NCBI GenBank assembly: GCA_951406725.2
Contig: OX597840.1
Location: forward strand, 30,318,001-30,382,000
Length of the DNA stretch: 64,000 nucleotides
Reading direction: 5' to 3'
DNA from: Octopus vulgaris
Lineage: Eukaryota
In this document: positions 1 to 11,941 of the stretch, piece after piece
How the letters are laid out: each line of letters opens with the position of its first letter
Position numbering within the stretch: the first letter of the stretch is position 1
Notes under the pieces: generated by a model
Told to the model about the DNA's origin: nothing
The model's database searches: none
Seen by the model: the letters and a program-made list of their open reading frames with translations, nothing else
Made by a program: the position numbers and the translations under genes

Positions 1-204
1 CCACGCCACCAGTGTTATCCAAGGGAAAAGCAAAGGCCGATACAGCTTGGCACCAGTGATGCTGCAAGTCACTTCTATAGCTGAATGAGCAGGAGGAATG
101 TAAAATAAAGTGTCTTGCTCAAGAACACAACTCATGGCCTGATGTAAAATTTGAACTCAATACCTCGTGATTGTGAGCCTAATACTCTAAACACTGAGCC
201 ATGT
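1..204 (-). mobile_element. Old tRNA-headed SINE with CORE-like segment (cut by window edge)
   Basis: Minus strand reads ATGGCTCAGTGTTTAGAGTA..GAGTTCAAAT (A/B-box-like) followed by GTGTTCTTGAGCAAGACACTT, similar to the CORE-SINE domain start. Confidence 0.6.
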
Positions 205-295
205 AGACCTGGAAACAATAGTGTTTCAGAAGTGATTCCACTTTCTTCAATACCCTCGAAAATCTCATACCATGATTCTAAAACCAAATGCAGTT

Positions 296-908
296 TAACC
301 CTTTAGCATTCTAATTCCTCTGTCAAATATAATCCTCATCTATTCTCCTTGTTTTGAATTAATCAAGAATTATCTTGTAACTCGGAGATTTTGATGATAT
401 ACTCTTTTACTCTTTTACTTATTTCAGTCATATGATTTTGGCCATACTGGAGCACTGCCTTTAGTCAAGCAAATCGACCCAAGGACTTATTCTTTGTAAG
501 CCTAGTACTTATTCTATCGGTCTCTGTTGCCGAACTGCTAAGTGATGGGGATGTAAACACACCAGCATCGGTTGAGGGGATATATACAGACACACAAACA
601 TACATACACACATACATATATATACATATATACGACGGATTTCTTTCAATTTCCATCTACTAAATCCACTCACAAGGCTTTGTGTGGCCCGAGGCTATAG
701 TAGAAGGCACTTGCCCAAGGTGCCATGCAGTGGGACTAAACCTGGAACCATGAGGTTGGTAAGCAAGCTACTTACTACACAGCCACACCTACGCCTATGA
801 TTAGATTGACACCATAAGGTCAGTGTGTGAGGCTGGATTTGGTCAGTTTGAACAAAGAACAGGTAGAATATTTCAGCCAGAAACGGCCAGTTTAAAAACT
901 AATGATTA
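296..908. mobile_element. piggyBac-like TTAA MITE (family E) split by a SINE-A insertion
   Basis: Starts TTAACCCTTTAGC; halves are the reverse complement of the uninterrupted copy at 4888-5083; 402-795 is SINE-A. Confidence 0.6.
402..795 (-). mobile_element. SINE-A: tRNA-derived SINE with internal microsatellite and (TAAAAGAG)n tail
   Basis: Head GGCGTAGGTGTGGCTGTGTAGTAAG..GGTTTAGTCCC on minus strand; body and tail shared with more than 15 full or partial copies in the window. Confidence 0.9.
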
Positions 909-1237
909 AAGTTTTTACTTTAAACTACTGGGGGGGAGTAAAGTTGTTGTTATTGGTGGTGGTGGTGGTGGTGGTATTTGGGAGAGAAGATTGGAGGAGG
1001 TCCTACTGCAGATGGCTTTGTGATGGAACAGACGGTAATAAACAGCAATTAAATATTATTTACTGATAAGGAATTTGCTAATGGTTTTCAGATAACAATG
1101 TTTGAAGATGAAAAAAAAAAAAAATTCTTTAGAGTGGGTTAATTAAAATTTTGAAATAAAACATCAATAATCCTCCTATAATTGCATGAATTTGGTTAAT
1201 TTGTCAAAAGAAGTGTTTTTAAGATTTTCTTCTTCAG

Positions 1238-1259
1238 ATTATTATTATTATCATTATTA

Positions 1260-1291
<32 letters not shown>

Positions 1292-1304
1292 GTTATTATT
1301 ATTT

Positions 1305-1339
<35 letters not shown>

Positions 1340-1364
1340 GTTATCATCATTATTATTATTATTA

Positions 1365-1401
<37 letters not shown>

Positions 1402-1463
1402 CATTATTATTATTATTACTATTATTATTATTATCATTATTATTATTAATATTATTATTATTA

Positions 1464-1515
<52 letters not shown>

Positions 1516-1563
1516 CATTATTATTATTATTACTATTATTATTATTATCATTATTATTATTAA

Positions 1564-1603
<40 letters not shown>

Positions 1604-1628
1604 GTTACTATTATTAATATTATTAATA
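1238..1628. repeat. (ATT)n trinucleotide microsatellite
   Basis: Direct sequence; source of the poly-N/I/L/Y ORFs. Confidence 0.97.
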
Positions 1629-1949
1629 TTTGTTTTTTTTGTTTGAGGGCAAGAGGTGGGTTGGGAATAGCTTTTAAGCAAAGCTAATTATAAATGCTAA
1701 ATCATTATCGATTCAAATAGTTATTGCATGTAACAAACAAGAAATGAAAGTGTAAATATTGGTAATGAAGAAAATTAAGCAATAATCTTCATTTTTTTTC
1801 CCTTTTTTATCTTTGCTTTTGCATGTGTGTGTTTACATATGCAAAAAACACTGTAATTTTAAATATTTCAAATTTCGGAACAAAGCCAGTTATTTGAAAG
1901 TGGGCAGTCAATTGTATTGTTTCCCGGTATTTGACTGGTACTTCATGTT

Positions 1950-2260
1950 ATCATCATCATTGTTTAGCGTCCGCTTTCCATGCTAGCATGGGTTGGACGG
2001 TTCAACTGGGGTCTGTGAAGCCAGAAGGCTTCATCAGGCCCAGTCAGATCTGGCAGTGTTTCTACGGCTGGATGCCCTTCCTAACGCCAACCACTCCGCG
2101 AGTGTAGTGGGTGCTTTTTACGTGCCACCCGCACAGATGCCAGACAGAGCTGGCAAATGGCCACGAACGGATGGTGCTTTTTATGTGCTACCGGCACGGG
2201 GGCCAGGCGAGGCTGACAACGGACACGAATGGATGGTGCTTTTTACGTGCCACCGGCACG
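1950..2260 (-). mobile_element. RTE LINE 3' UTR (family D) with hairpin sub-repeats and (GAT)n tail
   Basis: GGATGCCCTTCCTAACGCCAACC motif and three GGTGCTTTTTAYGTGCYACC modules; same family is attached to an RTE ORF end at 62235-62715. Confidence 0.85.
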
Positions 2261-2264
2261 AGCA

Positions 2265-3110
2265 ACGCAACTAATCGAAAAGTGCAGAGAACAGGGATGG
2301 AATGTCGTGTATTACCTATTTCTTTATTACCCACAAGGGGCTAAACACAGAAGGGACAAACAAGGACAGACAAACGGATTAAGTCAATTATATCGACCCC
2401 CAGTGCATAACTGGTACTTATTTAATCGACCCCGAAAGGATGAAAGGCAAAGTCGACCTCGGCGGAATTAGAACTCAGAACGTATCAGCAGACGAAATAC
2501 CTATTTCATTACTACCCACATGGAGCTAAGCATAGAGGGGACAAACAAGGACAGGCAAACGGATTAAGTCAATTATATCGACCCCAGTGCATAACTGGTA
2601 CTTATTTAATCGACCCCGAAAGGATGAAAGGCAAAGTCGACCTTGGCGGAATTTGAACTCACAACGTAACGGCAGACGAAATATCTATTTCTTTACTACC
2701 CACAAGGGGCTAAACACAGAGGGGACAAACAAGGACAGACAAACAAGGACAGATAAACGGATTAAGTCAATTATATCGACCCCAGTGCATAACTGGTACT
2801 TATTTAATCGACCCCAAAAGGATGAAAGGCAAAGTCGACCAGGGCGGAATTTGAACTCACAACGTAACGGCAGACGAAATACCGCTAAAAATTTTGCCCA
2901 GCGTGCTAACGTTTCTTCCAGCTCATAGTGTATTACCATTTGGCAGTGGGGGCTAGGGCTTTATTGAAAGAAAAATGACAACACTATTCAAAAGAAGATT
3001 TGTTTTTTTTCTAGCTCGGAGCTGAGAAAACTAATAAGGAGAGTACAGGAGGTGGTCGAAAAAGCCAGCTTCTATATATGGCTGAAGCAGGAAGACTGAA
3101 AATGGCTTCA
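2265..3110 (+). pseudogene. 3' fragment of a restriction-like-endonuclease LINE (Hero/R2 superfamily), split by SINE-B
   Basis: Joining across the SINE gives QLIEKCREQGWNV-VLPLAVGAR(fs)FIERKMTTLFKRR(fs)SSSELRKLIRRVQEVVEKASFYIWLKQED*KW, matching the C...GW...P.EVG.RGF...AS..IW end of Hero-type ORFs as recalled. Confidence 0.7.
2314..2925 (-). mobile_element. SINE-B with three tandem ~184-bp body units; TSD GTGTATTACC
   Basis: Head GAGCTGGAAGAAACGTTAGCACGC; repeated GCCTTTCATCCTTTCGGGGTCGA core; GTGTATTACC at 2307-2316 and 2928-2937. Confidence 0.9.
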
Positions 3111-3593
3111 AAGTTATAACATGCTGGCGGGAAATAACATCACTAGGTGAGACAAGCTGACACTGAATTAGCTTCTCTGAATTAGCTTCACTGACTGACA
3201 GGTGACGGTCGTTTAGAGAATGCATGGGCTGAGACTACGCGCCTTCATTGGTCAGTTAAAATTGAGACAGTGTCACGTGACAACTTGCTGAGGCTGCCTG
3301 CTGGAGCCTAGCAGCAGGTATTTAAAGGGAAAAATTCGACAGGACAGTCAGTCACCGGCTGACACTTGTTGACACTACATCGAAGAGGCCAGGGAACAGA
3401 AGAAAGAAGAAAGAAGACATACACTCAACACCAGAGCTGTAGACACCTCCGAAAGGAGGGGGCCCCACCATGTCAAAATGGTAGAGGAGTAGGGGCCGAA
3501 ACCAGACGTGGTTCCTCCTGATGATGTCTTGAGCTAACTGGATCCTATAAAGGAGCTGTTGTGGTAGCAGACCACGAAGCACGGTTGAAATTC

Positions 3594-4110
3594 CTATTAC
3601 CATTTCAAATATGCCAGTGATACATTCGAACTTGTAAACAAGACATTCATTATGTTTTGCCATGGAGAAAATTTCTCTCCGTAGACAAATGGCGTAAATA
3701 GAACCAAATCAGTTTGCAGTGCCACCTATCCAAACTGTGAAATGCAAGCATTTTGGAATGATTATCTCCTCTTCAATCACAGAAACTAGACAATGGTGCT
3801 GTGAGTTGATTAAAGAGACAACGTCTCTTATGTTATTCTAGACATCATACATTGGCTGGTAACACTAATTGGTGGCCAACCATTAACAAATTACAGGGTG
3901 GGGGTGTTAAGCATTCTGTGACTGAAGAGAAGATAACTACTCCAAAATGCTTGCAACTTCCAGTCTTGTTAGGTGGCGCTGCAAGCTGATTTAGGTGTTA
4001 GGTGTGTTTATACCATTTGACTACAGCAAGAAATTTTCTCCATGGCAAAACACAGTGAATGGCTTGTTTACGAGTTTGAACCTACCACTGGCATATCTGA
4101 ACCGGTAATA
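3594..4110. mobile_element. Degenerate long-TIR fold-back MITE (~520 bp)
   Basis: 3594-3675 is the reverse complement of 4029-4110; inner pairs TGCAGTGCCACCTA/TAGGTGGCGCTGCA and AAGCATTTTGGA/TCCAAAATGCTT extend the symmetry. Confidence 0.7.
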
Positions 4111-4470
4111 ACATTTGCATTTATAGACATAACTGTTTAGTGCTCACACCCCATAATGCATTTTATAAAGATGAAAGGGAAATTTGTTCTTGGTGGAATT
4201 TAACTCTAAATGTAATGAAATGGAGGAAAAGCTGGTAAGAATATTGTCCATCATTTTAATGACTTTGCCAGTTTATTGCATGACTGTAGCTTCAAATTAA
4301 AATGAGCTTATTTTAATTTTTTAACTGCTTTTATCAAGGCAGTCCAACATGATGGTGTTGGACCTTTTACAAGAGCCTGGAAGATTTTAACAGGCATTGG
4401 AATAAACTTAGAAGAATATAGATCTGATTGACAAAATGGTAGGAGAAATTCCACCCCTGATATCTCTCTT

Positions 4471-4862
4471 TCTCTTTTACTTGTTTCAGTCATTTGACTG
4501 CGGCCATGCTGGAGCACCGCCTTTAATCGAGCTACTTGACCCTGGGACTTATTGTTTGTAAGCCCAGTACTTATTCTATTGGTCTCTTTTGCCGAACAGC
4601 TAAGTGACGGGGACATAAACACACCAGCATTGGTTGTCAAGCAATGCTATGGGGACAAACACAGACACACAAATATACACGCACACATATATACATATAT
4701 ACGACGGGCTTCTTTCAGTTTCCGTCTACCAAATCCACTCACAAGGCTTTGGTCGGCCTGAGTCTATAGTAGTAGACACTTGGCCAAGGTGTCACGCAGT
4801 GGAACTGAATCTGGAACCATGTGGTTGGTAAGCAAGCTACTTACCACACAGCCACTCCTGCG
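4471..4862 (-). mobile_element. SINE-A full length
   Basis: Full head, body and tail match to the other copies. Confidence 0.9.
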
Positions 4863-4887
4863 TGAATACACTGAACTGAACTGACAA

Positions 4888-5083
4888 ACCCTTTAGCGTT
4901 TAAACCAGCCACATCCAGTCAAAACATTTTACTTGTATGATACTCAAACTAACCAGATCTGGCTTTTCACACCTACCCTACAATGTCATTCTGAAAATAA
5001 ACCGTCACATGATTGAAGTCTTGAGGCTATAAGATAATGCATGAGTAAATTACTTATTGAGTAATCCGAATGCTAAAGGGTTA
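4888..5083. mobile_element. piggyBac-like MITE (family E), with a partial tandem copy to ~5225
   Basis: Termini AACCCTTTAGC...GCTAAAGGGTTAA (CCC/GGG ends, TTAA target). Confidence 0.7.
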
Positions 5084-5762
5084 AGCCAGCCACATCAGGC
5101 CCAAATATTTCACCTGGTTTATGTTCAAACTAACAAAGTCCAGCTTCTCACACCTACCCTACAATGTCATTTGAAAAATATGCAATGACATCATCAAAAT
5201 CTTAAAGCTATGAGATTATGGTTGATTATTGTTACATGCAATAACTATTTGAATCGATAATGATTTAGCATTTGTAATTAGTGTTGCTTCAAAGCTATTT
5301 CTACCCCCGTCTCTTAACCCTAAACAAAAAGAACAAATGATAATAACAATAATGATAAAAGTGATAACAAAAACGACATCAATAATAATAATAATAATAA
5401 TGATAATAATTTAATACAATTATCATCAAATGGAAACAGTATTGAAAGAAGATGCTAATAATAATAAGAAGAATAAGGAGAAGAAGGAAGAGAAGAGGAC
5501 CTTTTATCAATTCCATAATGAAAAATTAAATTATACCATTTTGAAAAATTACATCTTATAGAAAGATTAAATATAAGATAAAACATATAACAATGATTAA
5601 GTAATGTGCAATATTTGGTAGAATAACGATACGTGTTAATTTATATATATATATATATATATATATGTAGTTCCCGGGTTGATTCGGGGTTAACCACAGT
5701 AAGTAAGGTACTCAATACATAGCAGAGTAAAATTAAAGTCCTGTAGAAGCTCCTTCTATATA

Positions 5763-5837
<75 letters not shown>

Positions 5838-6045
5838 AAGAGATGATCGTTTGTACTTGTCACCTCATCTGCTCTACTCCTTGACTTCACCATGACTTAG
5901 TGATTTGACAGGAGAGACCAATAGAATAAGTACCACACTTTAAAATACTGTTGCTAATCTGTTCAACTGTATGTTTCAGGACAGTGTCTCACCAGGGCTG
6001 CAGTCCAATGACTAAAATAAGTGGAAGATAAAATAGCGTGTATAT

Positions 6046-6141
6046 GGTAGTACATTTTCTAAAATTGGAATGATACAAAGAAGATTATCATGGTTCCTGC
6101 ACAAGAATGACACACAAAGTCATGAAGCATGTCATATTTTT
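6046..6141 (+). pseudogene. U6: U6 snRNA retropseudogene
   Basis: GGTAGTACATTTTCTAAAATTGGAATGATACAAAGAAGATTATCATGGTTCCTGCACAAGAATGACACACAAAGTCATGAAGCATGTCATATTTTT aligns without gaps to U6 from about nt 12 to the U-tail; ACAGAGA box (ACAAAGA) and AGC triad (ATC) are mutated. Confidence 0.92.
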
Positions 6142-6298
6142 AATGCCTGCACAGTGGTGCTCCAGCATGACCACAACTGCATGAAGGAAACGAATAAAAG
6201 AATGTAAACATAAATGTGTGTGTGTGTGTGTGTGCATGTTATTCTAACAAGAATAGAATTGACTGTGATTTCAGATTTCGGCCAGCTAAGGCATCGTT

Positions 6299-6432
6299 GG
6301 ACAGTCTGATGATGGTTTAGCCAGCCAGAACTTCGAAGCCCCTGCCAATACTATTCTTGTAAAAGAATGAATTTTTACTTTACCATATGTATTGAGTAAC
6401 CTTTCAATTTTATGTAAAGTTCTTTTTATCAT
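6299..6432 (+). mobile_element. Penelope-like repeat stub with decayed minimal hammerhead (second copy 22415-22550)
   Basis: CTGATGA-TGG..CCA-GAAC-TTCGAAG; second copy CTGATGA..GAAACTTTGAAGTT with homologous downstream AT-rich sequence. Confidence 0.5.
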
Positions 6433-6448
6433 AGTATAAAAACAAATG

Positions 6449-6529
<81 letters not shown>

Positions 6530-6540
6530 TACATATATAT

Positions 6541-6616
<76 letters not shown>

Positions 6617-6619
<3 letters not shown>

Positions 6620-6760
6620 GGAGTAAACACATAAATGTGAAACAAGGTGGAAAAAAGAGTACTCAAATACCAGTGGTAGAGTAATATGCTTTATTTAAAG
6701 CAGCAGAAAATTCAACAAAATCTGTTACTCTGAGTTTCTCGTTGCCGTTCATCAGACAAT
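6617..6760 (-). mobile_element. (TA)n-embedded short element (Penelope-like pseudo-LTR stub)
   Basis: Unique ~145-bp island between TA-rich tracts; homologous to 62766-62908; carries a hammerhead motif. Confidence 0.65.
6723..6758 (-). ncRNA. Minimal type I hammerhead ribozyme motif
   Basis: Minus strand: TGT-CTGATGA-ACG GCAA CGA-GAAA-CTC A GAG-TA-ACA; all core bases present, stem I TGT/ACA, GNRA-capped stem II with one mismatch, near-palindromic stem III. Confidence 0.7.
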
Positions 6761-6826
6761 GCATACATATATATATACATACATATATATATACATACAT
6801 ATATATATACATACATATATATATAT

Positions 6827-6862
<36 letters not shown>

Positions 6863-6876
6863 GCATACATATATAT

Positions 6877-6921
<45 letters not shown>

Positions 6922-7758
6922 CATACATATATATATATATACATACATATATATACATATATATACAAATATATATATGTATACTTTAATATATGATATA
7001 TATATACATACATACATACATGCATGCATGCATGCATACATGCATGCATACATACATACATACATACATACATACATACATACATACGTATGTATGTTCA
7101 TAAAGGCACACAATATGTGAGAGCATCAGAAAATGTTCCAGATTCTGTCAAGGGATATTACAATAATATGCATCACCAGCAATAATTTGTGTACAGCAAT
7201 TTTAGACTTTGACATCTGTTCCAAAGTGCAGTAATTATATTCTGCAAGTTTGGTAAAGTGGAACCATATTTATTGCCAAACATAATTATCCCAAATCAAA
7301 TAATTTTCTTACTGCAAATCTTAATCTATGATCTCATGCATTTGATAATCAGAAATTTATTACGGTTCCATTTTAATAATTTCGAAAGTATTCTGTAAAG
7401 GAATGACAGATATTCTAAATTATTGGTCCTTGGGGACCATAAACTAAACAATAGTTATTCCACTGGCCATTGTTTGCCATTATGATCAGTCTAAGAATCT
7501 GTCCCTTGGAGATTTCGATTCCAAGGTACGTGTATTGATGGTTAGCTGCAGTCTTTTGTGGAATTCCTACAGCTATTTATACATGAGCGTCTCTTGTTTC
7601 CACTGAAGTCAAACAAATAAAAGACCAACGCTAGTCATTATCATCATCATCATCATCATTGTTCTTTTAATCTTTGACTGGTTTTAGTCATTAGACTGTG
7701 GTCATGCTGGGGCACCGCTTTGAAGAATCTTTTATCAGATGAATGAAATTATTCTCTC

Positions 7759-8150
7759 TCTTTTTTACTCTTTTACTTGTTTCAGTCATTTGACTGCGGC
7801 CATGCTGGGGCACTGCCTTTCGTCGAGCAAATCGACCCCGGGACTTATTCTTTGTAAGCCCAGTACTTATTCTATCGATTCTTTTGCCGAACCGCTAAGT
7901 AACGGGGACATAAACACACCAGCATCAGTTGTCAAGCAATACTAGGGGGACAAACACACACATGCACATATATATATACATATATACAATGGGCTTCTTT
8001 TCAGTTTCTGTCTACCAAATCCACTCACAAGGCTTTGGTCAGCCCGAGGCTATAGTAGAAGACATTTGTCCAAGGTGCCACGCAGTGGGACTGAACCTGG
8101 AACCATGTGGTTGGTAAACAAGCTACTTACCACAGAGCCACTCCTGCACC
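7759..8150 (-). mobile_element. SINE-A full length
   Basis: Full match to family. Confidence 0.9.
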
Positions 8151-8454
8151 TATATATATATATATATCTAAAATAATGTACAATTAAACACAAGAGAAAA
8201 CTACCCTTTAACAGGTAATTTTTACATGCTAGAAGAAGCATCCAAAACGACCAAAACCACATTTAATAGCAATTTTCGAAGGAAATGAAAAATAAAAACT
8301 TTACCTTGGGATTTTTTTTGCGGTTATACCTAGGTTTCAAATTTCTTTAGCAAATAAGATAATTTTCTAGGCGAATTCTCATCAGTAACCGTGCCTTAAC
8401 AACTAACTTATAATTTAGAGACAAATAACACGTGTTTCATTATTATATGTTATA

Positions 8455-8880
8455 ATTTTTCAAAATTCTGCAGCCACCCTCTTGACCTGGGCAGCATTAC
8501 CTCCTCCAGGCACTTGATGTAGGCCTCTGTGTTAAGTCTGAGGTCATGTGGAAAGATGAATGGAGGAATAACGTCACCATCACTCCAAACACCATGATGT
8601 TGACTGGATGTTTGAATTTTATCACTTTTGGTACATGTTTTGGGGACACAGTAAACCAACGGTTGTCCTTGTGTTTGCATTGGTGCTTCCAGTACAAATG
8701 CCTGTACAGCCTGTCGTTTCCAAATTTCTGGCTGAGTGAATTGTGTCATGGTGCTGTTTTTCTCACAGATGGTGCCCAACTGACCCTACTATGCTGTGCA
8801 GTCAACAAAATCAAAAACAAACAATGTGCCCGTGCGAAATTAAAAACATAAAATGGTGACAATTTACCCATCGTAACTTG
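8455..8880 (-). pseudogene. Internally deleted Tc1/mariner-superfamily transposase fragment (DD37D/maT-like)
   Basis: Frameshifted KFKHPVNIMVFGV / DGDVIPPFIFPHDLRLNTEAYIKCLEEVMLP, typical of the region between the first two catalytic Asp; subfamily call is from recall. Confidence 0.7.
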
Positions 8881-8984
8881 AATGTTTTTATGTATGTATA
8901 TATGTATGTAAGTATGTATGTGTGTGTGTATGTATGTATGTATGTATGTATGTATGTATCTATGTATGTATGGATGTATATGTG

Positions 8985-9128
8985 GAGGTCGTTCTCCTTT
9001 AGCTAACTCTCCATAAAAGAGTTGTTTTGGCATCCTTGAATCCTTCATTCTGACCAGATGACCACTCTATTCGAGCCTTTGCTTTAACACAAGAGCTTCT
9101 ATACTTTCACACTGAGAGCCTTCCAATA
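8985..9128 (-). pseudogene. RTE LINE ORF fragment (inverted 5' part)
   Basis: LLEGSQCESIEALVLKQRLE*SGHLVRMKDSRMPKQLFYGELAKGERPP, matching the RTE RL.W.GH..RM...R.PKQL.YGEL motif. Confidence 0.85.
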
Positions 9129-9418
9129 GTGAGTGACAGCCTGGCCACTGGTGGTGGTGTAACACACCATACTAATCATATCTGTCGGGCATGTGGAAGA
9201 GAGTGTAATTCGGCAGGAGGACTTGACCGACATGCAAAGGTACATGAAGCCCAGTTACAACTACAGCTGGCTATTACCAGTAAAGGTTTTAGTTGCCAAT
9301 TTTGTACAAGACATTGTAGATCTTTAGCTGGGCTAAAAAGTCACATTCGATCACAGCACCAGTAACAGTTAAGCTTCGTGCAATGGCCATACACGATAAT
9401 GAGGGGGCAGCCATAAAA
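9129..9418 (+). pseudogene. RTE LINE 3' end with two C2H2-like zinc fingers and short 3' UTR
   Basis: CRACGRECNSAGGLDRHAKVH and CQFCTRHCRSLAGLKSHIRSQH, stop at 9365, then short tail into (ATGT)n; abuts the inverted RTE fragment. Confidence 0.75.
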
Positions 9419-10008
9419 TGTATGTATGTATGTATGTATGTATGTATGTATGTATGTATGTATGTGCGTATGTATGTATATGACCCCTAAATAACTGTAA
9501 AACTCAATGTCACAGGAACCACAATCATGTCTAATTATTTATAAAACCATCTAATTCACAGACAATTTTGATAAATACTTGAATTCTTGAACTTTGGCAC
9601 TATTTGAACATTGGCATTCATATTAACTTTATTAAATTCTAAAGTGGAATCGTATTTGACTTAACACAATTTTCTCATTTCTTTCTCATTGTCGCTTGTT
9701 GCCGTTTTCTCTCTGGTGCGTTCAGCTTCTGTGTTTTACCAAACACGTTTAGTTATGCAATGGATTTTTGCATAAATTCACTTGTGTTTCATGTCTGCTA
9801 TCTGTCACAACTGACTTAATTCGAAATCAAAGAATAAATTTACCATTTTGATTTACATAAGAATCTTCATGCTTTTCTGTCTTCTCGTTTCTGCTCATCA
9901 TCATCATCATCATCATCATTTTCGTTTTAACGTCTACTTTTTTACACTAGCATGGTTCAGAAGGAATTTGTCAAGGTAGTTATGACTTCCACAAAACAAA
10001 ACACAATA

Positions 10009-10171
10009 GGCGCAGGAGTGGCTGTGTGGTAAGTAGCTTGCTAACCAACCACATGGTTCCGGGTTCAGTCCCTCTGCATGGCATCTTGGGCAAGTGTCTT
10101 CTACTATAGCTTCGGGCCGACCAAAGCCTTGTGAGTGGATTTGGTAGACGGAAACTGAAAGAAGCCTGTCG

Positions 10172-10206
<35 letters not shown>

Positions 10207-10427
10207 GTATGTGTGTGTATATGTTTGTGTGTCTGTGTTTGTCCCTCTAGCATTGCTTGACAACCGATGCTGGTGTATTTACGTCCCCGTCACTTAGCGG
10301 TTTGGCAAAAGAGACCGATAAAATAAGTACTGGGCTAACAAAGAATAAGTCCCGGGGTCGATTTGCTCGACTAAAGGCGGTGCTCCAGCATGGCCGCAGT
10401 CAAATGACTGAAACAAGTAAAAGAGTA
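10009..10427 (+). mobile_element. SINE-A full length
   Basis: GGCGCAGGAGTGGCTGTGTGGTAAG head to AAACAAGTAAAAGAG tail. Confidence 0.92.
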
Positions 10428-10432
10428 CATCC

Positions 10433-10835
10433 TTATTTCTTTACTGCCCACAAAGGGCTACACACAGAGGGGACAAACGGATTAAGTTGATTATATCGAC
10501 CCCAGTGCATAGCTGGTACTTAATTTATTGACCCCGAATGAATGAAAGGCAAAGTCGACCTCAGCGGAATTTGAACGCAGAACGTAAAGACAGATGGAAT
10601 ACCTATTTCTTTATTACCCACAAGGGGCTAAACATAGAGGGGACAAACAAGGACAGACATAGGTATTAAGTCGATTACATCGACCCCAGTGCATAACTGG
10701 TACTTAATTTATCGACCCCGAATGGATGAAAGGCAAAATCGACCTCGGCGGAATTTGAACTCAGAACATAAAGACAGACGGAATACCGCTAAGTATTTCG
10801 CCCGGCGTGCTAACGATTCTGCCAGCTCGCCGCCT
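10433..10835 (-). mobile_element. SINE-B with two body units
   Basis: Head GGCGGCGAGCTGGCAGAATCGTTAGCACGCCGGGCG and duplicated core. Confidence 0.9.
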
Positions 10836-11368
10836 TTATACACACATGCAATACACACATCCTTGTCAAATAATCCACCACCAGCCACCAGCAGTTTAGC
10901 CACTGATCACCTAACCATGAAACAGGTGGTACTGTGTTTGTATGCGTGTATATATATAAGGTCCTGCTAGGGTGTAAAGGTAGGGTATTACCAGAGAAGC
11001 ATTCAACTGTCAGATTCCAGACTAATACTATAATTCCTCAGGTGTGGAAAATTCTGGTTTGCACAATGGTAAAACTGTTGTGTGGGTTTAGCAAAGAGAA
11101 AAACCTAATCCAAAGTATAAGACAAAGGAAATCCTTTAAGACATCTTTGACGATTCTTTACGATTGTTTCTGCATCAACTCTGCTTGCGACACCAGTTTA
11201 TGAAAAATTCAGAGGGGAAAATTTTTGAAAATTTTGCAAGCTGAGTTGGTAGAGAAACAGTTGTTACTGATCATTAAAGATGTGCTAATGTAGTTTTTGC
11301 TTTATTATTTGGATTACACACACACACACACAAATATAGCAAGCAAGATTGAACATCACTTTTATTAG

Positions 11369-11468
<100 letters not shown>

Positions 11469-11529
11469 CATATATATACATATATATATACATATATATA
11501 CATATATATACATATATATATATATATAC

Positions 11530-11587
<58 letters not shown>

Positions 11588-11588
11588 C

Positions 11589-11642
<54 letters not shown>

Positions 11643-11643
<1 letters not shown>

Positions 11644-11941
11644 GAGGCGCAATGGCCTAGTGGTTAGGGCAGCGGACTCGCGGTCGTAGGATCGCGGTTT
11701 CGATTCCCAGCCCGGGTGTTGTGAGTGTTTATTGAGCTAAAACACCTAAAAGCTCCACGAGGCTCCGGCAGGGGGTAGTGGTAATCCCTGCTGTACTCTT
11801 TCACCACTCTTTCTCTCACTCTTTCTTCTGTTGGCCTGCTCGCTTAGCCAGCAGGGTGACGTCATTCGAAGGCTAAAACAATGCGAACACATTGTGACCA
11901 GCGATGTGTAACTACATCTGATGGACTGGTCGGTCATGTGA
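11643..11941 (+). mobile_element. SINE-C: tRNA(Arg)-like headed SINE (resembles octopus OR-type SINEs), in (TA)n
   Basis: GGAGGCGCAATGGCCTAGTGGTTAGGGCAGCGGACTCGCGG..GGTTTCGATTCCC A/B boxes; copies at 26055 and 61442. Confidence 0.85.

Noticed and set aside
6046-6141. Functional U6 gene
   Set aside because: ACAGAGA box and AGC triad mutated, 5' stem degraded, upstream is SINE debris rather than PSE/TATA.
9129-9365. C2H2 zinc-finger host gene exon
   Set aside because: No TGEKP linker or splice context; fused to an RTE fragment and followed by a retro-tail, so treated as a LINE C-terminus.
11643-11720. Functional tRNA genes at SINE heads
   Set aside because: No complete cloverleaf or terminator; continuous with SINE bodies.
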